The notes: a model not told the origin generated them from the letters alone. A stretch of 64,000 nt of DNA from Candidatus Hydrogenedentota bacterium (GCA_029556545.1 JAKQEQ010000042.1:18729-82728), one strand, 5' to 3'. Shown: positions 1 to 11,468, counted from the stretch's first letter. Numbers and translations are program-made.

Positions 1-747
1 CCCGTTATCGAGTCGTACGGCGGACATTCGACGGCCCTATGGGACGACGCGATATTCCGGGCGAACAGCGTCTATCACACGTTCAGCCAGGACCAGAACC
101 TGCGACGCATCACCCACTTCTATCCCCTCGCGGTGGTCTACATCCCCAGCCGCACCAACGGCGTACCCCACACCACGCTCACCTACGCCGGCTTCGCCAT
201 GTCCCCCATCGGCGTGAATCTCGGCGGCATCAGCGTGGGCGCCGTCGGCAATCCCGCCGACCCCTACGTTCGCGGGACCAGCCACTTCCTGCCGCTGTTC
301 CGCCAGGTCCTCTACGACACGACGAACCTGCGCGACGCCTTGTCGCTGGTCTACAACACCCCCCTCGGCACGCGCCACACGTTCATTATCGGCGATGGCC
401 GTTACGAGACGCGCGCCGCGAAGGTGCGCATCCTCTCGCCGGGGACGGCGGTTACCTGGTTCGAGAACGACTTTACCGACGAGTTCTCGCCGGCGGTGCT
501 GCCGGGCGTCGTGTATGGCGGCGGGACCGGAGAGGTGTTCACCGGAATCGCGACCGGCTATGGCAATTTCGTGCCAAGCAGCATTCGGGCACTGACCAAT
601 CAATTTTCGACGCCCGGAAGCAACATCCAGAACGTCGTGATTGATACCGAGTTCCTGAACCTCTACGTCACCTACGCCCAGCAAGACCTCGAGGCGTTCA
701 GGCGCAGCGGCTACGCCGTCTTCAACATGCAATTACTGTTGCCGTAA
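1..747 (+). CDS. C45-family (Ntn-hydrolase) peptidase/acyltransferase-like protein, 5'-partial
   Basis: Frame open from base 1 (PVIESYGGHSTALW...) through ORF 133..747; AVVYIP...GVPH...YAGF...IGVN..GI, HF..LFRQVLYD and FIIGDG resemble C45 beta subunits. Confidence 0.55.
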   Translation, partial: PVIESYGGHSTALWDDAIFRANSVYHTFSQDQNLRRITHFYPLAVVYIPSRTNGVPHTTLTYAGFAMSPIGVNLGGISVGAVGNPADPYVRGTSHFLPLFRQVLYDTTNLRDALSLVYNTPLGTRHTFIIGDGRYETRAAKVRILSPGTAVTWFENDFTDEFSPAVLPGVVYGGGTGEVFTGIATGYGNFVPSSIRALTNQFSTPGSNIQNVVIDTEFLNLYVTYAQQDLEAFRRSGYAVFNMQLLLP

Positions 748-775
748 CCGCCGCGCCTAATATCGATAAGGAATT

Positions 776-805
776 GGGCCGCTCGCCCGCCGCGGGCGGC
801 CCTTT
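776..805 (+). terminator. Putative intrinsic terminator hairpin
   Basis: GGGCCGCTCGC-ccgcc-GCGGGCGGCCC stem followed by TTT, just downstream of a stop codon. Confidence 0.4.
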
Positions 806-846
806 GCACCGCGGTCCAGTCCCGCCCACTACGAAAGCTACGCGAA

Positions 847-1842
847 ATGTACAAAGCGCCCGAAATCATCTCCGGGTCAGGCGTCGTGCGCCAACTGCGC
901 GACCTCAAGGGCCGCGTACTGGTCTGCACCATGGAAATTCCCTGGAGACTCGCCCAGGAATCCCTGCAATGGACGCCCGACCAGGTGCACATGGTTGCGG
1001 ACATGGACAAGGCCACCGTCGAAGCCCTCCACGAAACCCTGCCGCCCTGCGACGTCGTGGTCGGGATCGGCGGCGGCTCCTGCTGCGATTCGGCCAAGTA
1101 TCTCGCCTGGAAACGCGGCTGCGACATGGTCCTCGTCCCCACGATTGTCTCCGTGGACGCCCCGCTCACCAATATGATCGCCGTGCGCGTGGACAAAACG
1201 GTCCAATACGTCGGCGACATCTTTCCCGAGAAGTTGTTGATCGACTACGACCTCATTCGGAAAGCCCCGCCCGAGTTGAACCGCGCCGGCGCGTGCGACA
1301 TCGCCAGCATCCACACCGCCCTCTTCGACTGGAAACTTGCCCACGATCACACGGGCGAGGCCTATCACCCCGATGTGGCGCACCTTGCCCGCCAATGCCT
1401 CGATGAACTGGACCGCAACGCCGACGAGGTCTATCGGGTGACGGACAAGGGCATCGACACCATCGTCGACCTGTTCCGCCGCGAGGTCGAATTCTGCGCC
1501 CGCATCGGTTCCAGCCGGCCCGAGGAAGGCGCCGAACACCTCGTCGCCTACAACCTCGAACACATCACCCGCCGCCACTTCCTCCACGGCGACCTCGTGG
1601 GACTGGGCATCTTCACCGTGTCGCGCCTGCAAGAAAACGCGCCCGAGTGGGCCGCGGACCTCATCCGCCGCTGCGGCCTGCGCTACACCGCGCCCGACGC
1701 CGCCCCCGAGGAAATCGCGCAGGCGCTGCGCACGCTGAAGACGTTCAAGGACAATGCTGGCTATTTCTACAGCGTCGTCGATACTGAGCCCATCACGGAG
1801 GACTTCATCCAGGACACGCTGGACGCCCTCTGCCGCTCCTGA
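847..1842 (+). CDS. sn-glycerol-1-phosphate dehydrogenase-like (EgsA/AraM, DHQS/Fe-ADH superfamily)
   Basis: GIGGGSCCDSAKY, VPTIVSVDA, CDIASIHTALFDW, SRPEEGAEH and LHGDLVGLG motifs. Confidence 0.75.
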   Translation: MYKAPEIISGSGVVRQLRDLKGRVLVCTMEIPWRLAQESLQWTPDQVHMVADMDKATVEALHETLPPCDVVVGIGGGSCCDSAKYLAWKRGCDMVLVPTIVSVDAPLTNMIAVRVDKTVQYVGDIFPEKLLIDYDLIRKAPPELNRAGACDIASIHTALFDWKLAHDHTGEAYHPDVAHLARQCLDELDRNADEVYRVTDKGIDTIVDLFRREVEFCARIGSSRPEEGAEHLVAYNLEHITRRHFLHGDLVGLGIFTVSRLQENAPEWAADLIRRCGLRYTAPDAAPEEIAQALRTLKTFKDNAGYFYSVVDTEPITEDFIQDTLDALCRS

Positions 1843-1848
1843 CCCGGC

Positions 1849-2409
1849 CTACTCCGGCGATGCGTCGCGCGTGACTGAAAACGTGCCCGCCGACGTGTAG
1901 TCCACCCGCTCGCGCCCCGGGATGGTCGTCGTGATGCTGAACGTGATCGCGTAATCGCCCGCGTAGACGTCCATCACGCCGTCGTCGTCCGTATCCGCGC
2001 CCGTCCCGTCGAAATCGATGTCGATGCTGAACGGGAACGCCAGCGCGGCCGTGTCGATCCCCAGCCGGATGCGGCCCGACCCGTCGTCCTCCATGTTGCC
2101 GAACAGCGGCACTTTGAGTTCCGGCAGTTCGTCCTGGATTTGTTCAAGCAGCGCATTGTCCAGCAGGCACCCATACGAAAACTCGACCACGCCGAGAATC
2201 TGGTGATTCAGCGGATAGATGAAATTCGGCTTATGCACCAAGGACAAGGTGAAGGGACACGCCCCCTTGGCCTCCCCGGTTTCCCACGCGCCCGAATAAG
2301 CGCCCGCGGCGTCAAACGGCGGCACGGGCAGGTCCGGGCATCCCGCAAGTAAGACCGACGCGCCGATGAGCGTCAAACCCAGAATCGAATATCGCGTGAC
2401 GGTGCGCAT
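1849..2409 (-). CDS. Hypothetical lipoprotein
   Basis: Signal peptide with lipobox LLAGC; 186 aa; acidic DTDDDG loop. Confidence 0.65.
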   Translation of the reverse strand: MRTVTRYSILGLTLIGASVLLAGCPDLPVPPFDAAGAYSGAWETGEAKGACPFTLSLVHKPNFIYPLNHQILGVVEFSYGCLLDNALLEQIQDELPELKVPLFGNMEDDGSGRIRLGIDTAALAFPFSIDIDFDGTGADTDDDGVMDVYAGDYAITFSITTTIPGRERVDYTSAGTFSVTRDASPE

Positions 2410-2513
2410 CTTGATGTTCTCCGCTTTCCTTGCCCCTATTCTACCGCGTCCACCCGCTTCGTTACAGCGCGCCGGATGGACTTTCCCGCCCGCAAGGTTG
2501 TAGCCTCACCCCC

Positions 2514-3023
2514 ATGACGGACGTCGCCCTCCACATAGACGACCCGGCGGTCCGCATCACGATCAAGGCGATGCTCGAAGCCGCCGGCCACCGCGTCGTC
2601 ACGCATAACCCCGACGTCATCATCGCCGACGCGCCCGACGCCGCCGTCGAACTCGCGAAACACGCCCCGACGCTGACCCTCGCCGCCGCCGCCGACCTCC
2701 CCCGCGCCATCGACGCCATGCGCAACGGCGTCTTCGGCTACATCTTTCTCCCCCTTCAGCCCGGCGAGGCCGTCCTCATGGTCGACCGCGCCGTGAACGC
2801 GCCCCAGACCCGTCATTCCCGCGGAAGCGGGAATCCAGCAAACGCGCCTTCCGACACCATGCCCGATCCGACCGAAGACCTCACCCTCGCGACCCTCGAG
2901 CGCGATCATGTCCTGCGCGTGTTGCGCGCGCACAAATCCAATCACACTGCGGCCGCGCGCGCCCTCGGCATCGGACGCAACACGCTCTGGCGCAAACTGA
3001 AGCAGTATCAACGGGAGGTATGA
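2514..3023 (+). CDS. Degenerate receiver domain + Fis-type HTH regulator
   Basis: ATG at 2514; DVIIAD and AIDAMRNGVFGYI receiver remnants; TLATLERDHVLRVL...NHTAAARALGIGRNTLWRKLK Fis HTH. Confidence 0.75.
   Translation: MTDVALHIDDPAVRITIKAMLEAAGHRVVTHNPDVIIADAPDAAVELAKHAPTLTLAAAADLPRAIDAMRNGVFGYIFLPLQPGEAVLMVDRAVNAPQTRHSRGSGNPANAPSDTMPDPTEDLTLATLERDHVLRVLRAHKSNHTAAARALGIGRNTLWRKLKQYQREV
2811..2837 (+). repeat. CGTC-tagged REP palindrome inside a CDS
   Basis: cgtcattcccgcggaagcgggaatcca, the same family as 6190-6436 and 37423-37504. Confidence 0.85.
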
Positions 3024-3027
3024 ACTT

Positions 3028-4995
3028 ATGCGGCCACGATGCGTCCTACTCGCGGGCGGACTGTGCCTGGCAATCCTGGTCGGCAGCAACGCCCCGACCG
3101 CCGCCGCGCCGCTGGCCGTCGGCCCCATGTCGGACGCACCCGCGCCCGCCGACCTGCCGGAAATCCTCGACCGGCTCTACGTCTCCATCGAGGGCCAGGC
3201 GCGCCACCTGCTCACCCACGTGGACCCCTGGAGCAAGGACCGCGCGCTGAAACTGCTGACGCGAAGCAAGCACGGCGAGCACTGGATTCGCCCGAACACC
3301 GGCGCGTTCGCGGCCTTCTGTTTCCTGCACCGCTTCGGCCCGTACGATGCGGCGCGCGTCGGCGCCTCGCGCGAGACGCTGCTCGACGAAACCATCATTC
3401 CGATGGCCCGCTATCTGGTCACGACGCACGTCACCGGCTCGCGACCCACCGGCGACGGCGATCCCTGGGGCGACCAGTGGCAGTCCGCGCATTGGGCGCA
3501 CATGCTCGCGCGCGGCGCGTGGTGGGTCTGGGGCGCGCTCCCGCCGGACCTGCGCGACGGCATGTGCCGCGTCATCGCGCACGAGGCCGACCGTTTCGTC
3601 GACCTGACGCCGCCGCACAACCTCGTGGACGACACGAAGGCCGAGGAGAACGCCTGGAATGCTCAGGTTCTCTCGACGGCCGTCGTGCTGATGCCCGAGG
3701 ACCCGCGCCGCCCCGATTGGGACCGCGCGTTTCAGCGCTGGGCCTTGTCGTCGTTCCTGCGGCCCGCCGACGCGACCTCGGACGCGATGGTGGACGGACG
3801 CCCCCTCGCGGACCAATTCACCGGCGCGAACATCTACGACGACTTCACGCTCGAAAACCACCGCCGCGTGCATCCCGACTACATGGCCACGTTCCTGCTC
3901 TCGATGGGCTGCGTCATCGACTTCGCGATGACCGGCCGCATACCGCCCGAGGCCGTTTATCACAACGCCGCCGGCATCTACGAGAACCTCAAGTGGTTCT
4001 CGCTCCCGAGCGGCGGGTTCGTCTATCCGAACGGCCAGGATTGGGAACTCTTCCGCGACCCCGAGTGGCTCGTCGTCCACGTGCTCATGGCCGCCCACGG
4101 CGGCGACCCCGATGCGTGGGCCCTCGCGCGGCCCTGCATCGACACCCAGGACAAGATGCAGGCGCGCGACCCCTCCGGCGCGGTCTACCTCGACAACGAA
4201 TTCTTCTTCCCCTCGACCCGAACGGACCAGGTGTACTACTCCGTCCTCGCGTGGCTCTTCGCGCAATACCGCAACCCCATCATCGACGCGACGCGCCCGC
4301 GCCTCGGCGTGCTCGCCCTCGAACACGGGCGCATCCTGCTCCACCGCACGCCCGCCGCCGTCCACGCCGTGAGTTGGGGCCCCGAGACCATGATCCAGTT
4401 CGTGCCGTACCGCCTCGACCGCGTCACCTCGCCCCACCCGAGCAGCGGCGTCGGCCATATCCGCCTCGCGGGCGAGAAGGACCCCTTGCCCGTCCGCGCG
4501 CGCAACGTCGCGGTCTCACGCGACGACGGCTTCACCGCCGACCTCGATCTCATTTACGGCGACGACCTCGTCAATGCGCGCTGGCGCGTGCGGTCCACGT
4601 CCGACGGCGTCATGCACTGGCGCGCGACGATCACCGCCCTCGCCGACGTCGAGACCGCCGAGATCGCCGCGGGCCTCATCGGCGTCCTGAACAACACGCT
4701 CTGGATATACGAACGCGGCGCGCGCACCCTCGCCGTCGACGGCGCGAAACGGACCCTGGCCTGCGGCAGCGGCGAAGAAGTCCGCGCCGACGGCGCGCGC
4801 GTCGTCGTGATTGACGGTGTGCTGCGGGTCGAATCCGAAGCCCCGCTGCGCATGCGCTACAAGACTGCCGCCGCGCCCGAACGCGCCCGTTTCACCGACG
4901 AACTGCACCTGGTTTACAATGACGCGCCCGCGACGTGGCCCAAAGGCGCGACCATTGCCGAACTCGACGTCCGCTTGTCCACAGTACCGCAATAA
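3028..4995 (+). CDS. Secreted hypothetical protein, possibly an alpha/alpha-toroid carbohydrate lyase-like enzyme
   Basis: 655 aa ORF with signal peptide; WQSAHW, DTKAEENAWN, HPDYM and YPNGQDW motifs. Confidence 0.6.
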   Translation: MRPRCVLLAGGLCLAILVGSNAPTAAAPLAVGPMSDAPAPADLPEILDRLYVSIEGQARHLLTHVDPWSKDRALKLLTRSKHGEHWIRPNTGAFAAFCFLHRFGPYDAARVGASRETLLDETIIPMARYLVTTHVTGSRPTGDGDPWGDQWQSAHWAHMLARGAWWVWGALPPDLRDGMCRVIAHEADRFVDLTPPHNLVDDTKAEENAWNAQVLSTAVVLMPEDPRRPDWDRAFQRWALSSFLRPADATSDAMVDGRPLADQFTGANIYDDFTLENHRRVHPDYMATFLLSMGCVIDFAMTGRIPPEAVYHNAAGIYENLKWFSLPSGGFVYPNGQDWELFRDPEWLVVHVLMAAHGGDPDAWALARPCIDTQDKMQARDPSGAVYLDNEFFFPSTRTDQVYYSVLAWLFAQYRNPIIDATRPRLGVLALEHGRILLHRTPAAVHAVSWGPETMIQFVPYRLDRVTSPHPSSGVGHIRLAGEKDPLPVRARNVAVSRDDGFTADLDLIYGDDLVNARWRVRSTSDGVMHWRATITALADVETAEIAAGLIGVLNNTLWIYERGARTLAVDGAKRTLACGSGEEVRADGARVVVIDGVLRVESEAPLRMRYKTAAAPERARFTDELHLVYNDAPATWPKGATIAELDVRLSTVPQ

Positions 4996-5015
4996 CGCCG
5001 GAAATGGGGTATCAC

Positions 5016-5150
5016 ATGCACGACGACAGCGAAAAACAGTTCTCTCCACTGCAAATCCTCCTGTGGCCCTACTACCTCGCCTACTACGTCTTCCCCATCC
5101 TCTTCGCCGTCGCCGTCGCCTGGTTCGAAGACCGCCTCGGCCTCAACTGA
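5016..5150 (+). CDS. Small (44 aa) membrane protein
   Basis: ATG 5016 after GGGG; one hydrophobic stretch ILLWPYYLAYYVFPILFAVAVAWF; GC3-biased codons. Confidence 0.45.
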   Translation: MHDDSEKQFSPLQILLWPYYLAYYVFPILFAVAVAWFEDRLGLN

Positions 5151-5162
5151 AACCCAAAAAAC

Positions 5163-5219
5163 CGTGGCACGGGCGTCCCGCCCGTGGTCTTCAATCATGG
5201 GCAAAATGCCCATGCCACG
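5163..5219. repeat. REPIN-like doublet (GTGGCA...TGCCAC family)
   Basis: cgtggcacgggcgtcccgcccgtg...catgggcaaaatgcccatgccacg: two hairpins with inverted ends; the 3' half recurs at 6565-6590. Confidence 0.75.
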
Positions 5220-5273
5220 CAATCAACAGATACGCCGCAATTCGGCGCGGCAATCTCTTCCTCCTCTCCGGTC

Positions 5274-5282
5274 TGCTATACT
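5274..5282 (+). promoter_or_regulatory. Extended -10 promoter element
   Basis: TGcTATACT about 30 nt upstream of the MNT start. Confidence 0.4.
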
Positions 5283-5313
5283 GGAGACGGACCGCGCCAA
5301 GAGGACCTCGAAA

Positions 5314-5613
5314 ATGGATTTGCCGATTGTTATCGACGAGGAACAGATCGCGGCATTTTGCCGCAAGCACCCCCTGACGAAGCTCGCGTTATTCGGGTCG
5401 GTGCTGACGGACCGCTTCGGACCGGACAGCGACGTCGACGTGCTCTTCGAGTACGACCCCCAACACGTGCCAAGCCTGTTCGACGTCGTCGAGATGGAAG
5501 AGGAACTCAGCGCAATCCTTGGACGCCGGGCCGACATGCGAACGCCCTGCGACCTGAGTCGCTACTTCCGCGACGAAGTCGTCCGCACCGCGCAGGTCCA
5601 CTATGCTGCTTGA
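5314..5613 (+). CDS. Minimal nucleotidyltransferase (MNT/MntA-type antitoxin)
   Basis: LALFGSVLTDRFGPDSDVDVL (GSx8DxD) motif; 99 aa. Confidence 0.85.
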   Translation: MDLPIVIDEEQIAAFCRKHPLTKLALFGSVLTDRFGPDSDVDVLFEYDPQHVPSLFDVVEMEEELSAILGRRADMRTPCDLSRYFRDEVVRTAQVHYAA

Positions 5614-5638
5614 CTCGGACCACATCCCCACGCACGAC

Positions 5639-5820
5639 CGTCATACCCGCGCAAGCGGGTATCCAGCGCAATGCGCCATTCCCGCGCGTTCGCGCGGGAA
5701 TGACCGGTTTATTCTGATTGCTGGATTCCCGCTTTCGCGGGAATGACGGGGAGGGACTGGGTTCCCGCTTCCCGCTTCCCGCTTCCCGCTTCCGCGGGAA
5801 CAGGTTTCGTGGAAATGATG
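5639..5820. repeat. CGTC-REP cluster left of the GIY-YIG gene (one forward copy, three reverse copies)
   Basis: 5639-5665 forward; 5678-5704 and 5722-5748 reverse; 5757-5820 reverse nested variant. Confidence 0.85.
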
Positions 5821-5839
5821 AAGCAAGGAGGGCTGACCC

Positions 5840-6133
5840 ATGCGGAAGAGAGAACCCGCCGTATACATTCTCGCAAGCCGGCGGAATGGGACCTTGTACA
5901 CTGGAGTTACAAGCGATCTGAGCAGGCGGGTCTGGGAGCACAAAACCGACGCGGTCCCGGGGTTCACCAAGAAGCATGGCGTACACCTGCTTGTGTACTA
6001 TGAATGGCATACAACCATGGACTCCGCCATATCCCGCGAGAAGCAGATCAAGAAGTGGAACCGCGCGTGGAAGCTGCAATTGATCGAGGACTATAACGCG
6101 GACTGGCGAGACTTGTACGAAGAATTGATGTAG
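5840..6133 (+). CDS. Small stand-alone GIY-YIG nuclease (UPF0213/COG2827-like)
   Basis: AVYILAS...TLYTGVT.DL.RRVWEH...AISREKQIKKW.RAWK; 97 aa; GGAGG SD. Confidence 0.92.
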   Translation: MRKREPAVYILASRRNGTLYTGVTSDLSRRVWEHKTDAVPGFTKKHGVHLLVYYEWHTTMDSAISREKQIKKWNRAWKLQLIEDYNADWRDLYEELM

Positions 6134-6189
6134 TACGGGATCGTTGCTCGCGCGGGCATAACGCAACATGGCCCAGAATCACTCCCCCC

Positions 6190-6436
6190 CGTCATTCCCG
6201 CGCAAGCGGGAATCCAGCGCCCCCCGTCATTCCCGCGCAAGCGGGAATCCAGCGCCCCCGTCATTCCCGCGCAAGCGGGAATCCAGCGCCCCCCGTCATT
6301 CCCGCGAAACCTGTTCCCGCGGAAGCGGGAAGCGGGAATCCAGCGCCCCCCGTCATTCCTGCGAAACCTGTTCCCGCGGAAGCGGGAAGCGGGAATCCAG
6401 CACCCCCCCGTCATTCCCGCGCAAGCGGGAATCCAG
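6190..6436 (+). repeat. Tandem array of six CGTC-REP palindromes
   Basis: cgtcattcccgcgcaagcgggaatccag at 6190, 6225, 6259 and 6409; nested-loop variants at 6294 and 6351. Confidence 0.92.
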
Positions 6437-6536
6437 TCATTTCCACACGGTCTCGCCCGTCCCCGTCTAGCCCCCTCGCGCGGGCATGAAGCAAAGGCAC
6501 AAGGGCAAGAATGTCCCATCGCCGGTCGGTTCCGAG

Positions 6537-6590
6537 ATGGCTTCCAGTCTCGCCATGAGCAAGGATCATGGGCAAGATGCCCATGCCACG
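6537..6590. repeat. Degenerate GTGGCA-family REPIN doublet at the hypE 3' end
   Basis: atcatgggcaagatgcccatgccacg matches 5194-5219 at 25/26 nt. Confidence 0.7.
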
Positions 6591-6593
6591 GCG

Positions 6594-7645
6594 TCAGCAG
6601 ATGCGCGGCAATTGCTCGCCGCTGAGCATATCGAGAATGCGCTGCGCGCCGATGCGGCTTTCGAGCGTGACCCGCCCTGGCGCGTCGGCGTGGGCGTGGC
6701 CGATGATCGCGGGCTGCGGCGCCTGGGGATGGCCGCGCAGCACGTCGAGCGCGCGCGCCGCGTCGTCCGCGGCGACGACCGCCATGAAGCGCCCCTCGTT
6801 CGCGACGTAGAGCGGGTCGAACCCGAGCAGTTCGCACGCGCCGCGCACGTCGTCGCGGACGGGGATGTCCGTCTCGCGCAGGTGCAACCCGACGCCCGCC
6901 GCCTGCGCGATCTCGTTCGCCGCGCTCACGAGCCCGCCCCGGGTCAGGTCGCGCAGGCAATGCACTTCGACGCCCCCGCGCAGCAGCGCGAGCACGGCGT
7001 CCGCCACCGGCGCGGAATCGCTCTCGATGGCCGTCTCGAATTCGAGCCCCTCGCGCGTGGCCATAATCGCAATGCCGTGGCGGCCCAGGTCGCCGTTGAT
7101 GAGGACGACGTCGCCGGGCCGCACCGCGCCGGGCCCGATGACGCAGTCGTGCTCGATGACGCCGATCCCCGCCGTGTTGATGAAGAGGCCGTCGCCGCCG
7201 CGCCGCTCGATGACCTTCGTGTCGCCCGTCACGACTTGCACGCCGCAGGCGTCCGCCGCGCGCCGCATCGACGCGACCAGCCGCAGCAGCAGTTCTATCG
7301 AAAGCCCCTCTTCGAGGATGAATCCCGCGCTAAGGTACAACGGCCGCGCGCCCGCCATCGCCAAGTCGTTCACCGTCCCGTGGACCGCCAGCGACGCGAT
7401 GTCGCCGCCGGGGAATTCGAGAGGCTGCACGACGTAGGAGTCCGTTGTGAACGCGATCCGCGCGCCGTCGATCGCGATCCGCGCCGCGTCGTGCCGCTGC
7501 GCCAGCAGCGGGTTGTCGAAGGCGCGGAGGAACACGTCCTCGATCAGGCGGTGCATGGCCGTGCCGCCGCCGCCGTGCGCCATCGTGATCACCGGGCTCG
7601 ATGCGTGCGGCATCGGGCAGGACAGCGTGAATTCCCCCGGCGTGC

Positions 7646-7649
<4 letters not shown>
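6594..7649 (-). CDS. hypE: Hydrogenase maturation carbamoyl dehydratase HypE
   Basis: [37 protein letters not shown]-terminal LPRIC; ATGA overlap with hypD. Confidence 0.95.
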
Positions 7650-8745
<1,096 letters not shown>

Positions 8746-8749
<4 letters not shown>

Positions 8750-8977
8750 GGGCCCGCCGCCTCCGCGTCGTCGAGGGCGTCGAGTTCCGCGAACGTATCG
8801 AGGATGCTCCGCGCCTCTTCCTGATCCACGACGCTGATCGCCAGCCCCGCGTGGACCAGCACGTAATCGCGCGCCATCGCCTCGGGCACGAGCGCCAGCG
8901 ACACCTCCTTCACCACGCCGCCGAAGCTCACCCGCGCATTCCGCGCCAGCGGGTCGCCGTCGTCGATGCTCAGTATT

Positions 8978-9000
<23 letters not shown>
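8746..9000 (-). CDS. hypC: Hydrogenase maturation chaperone HypC
   Basis: MCLAIPG start at 9000; YVLVHAGLA. Confidence 0.95.
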
Positions 9001-11314
<2,314 letters not shown>

Positions 11315-11363
11315 GTTCGTCCTCGTACACGCGCTGCTGCGAAAATCGACTCGGGCAGGCCGG

Positions 11364-11468
11364 TCAGCCCGCTTCAGCGGGCTCTTCTTTGCCCCCGGCT
11401 TCAGCCGGGGGGTAAGAGGTCTTGCCCGGCAAAGGGCGCTTCAGCGCCGCTTGTGCACTGCTTCAGCA
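11364..11468. repeat. Half copy of a GCTTCAGC-hairpin (REPIN/MITE-like) element
   Basis: tcagcccgcttcagcgggctcttctttgccccc...agggcgcttcagcgccgctt is colinear with 37641-37748. Confidence 0.7.

Noticed and set aside
6190-6436. CRISPR-like array of palindromic ~28-bp repeats
   Set aside because: Linkers are only 5-8 nt and nearly constant (gcgccccc), there are no unique spacers and no cas genes; it is a REP array.
5507-6470. ORFs with repeated WIPACAGMT / SFPRKRES peptides
   Set aside because: These are translations of the REP arrays, not credible proteins.
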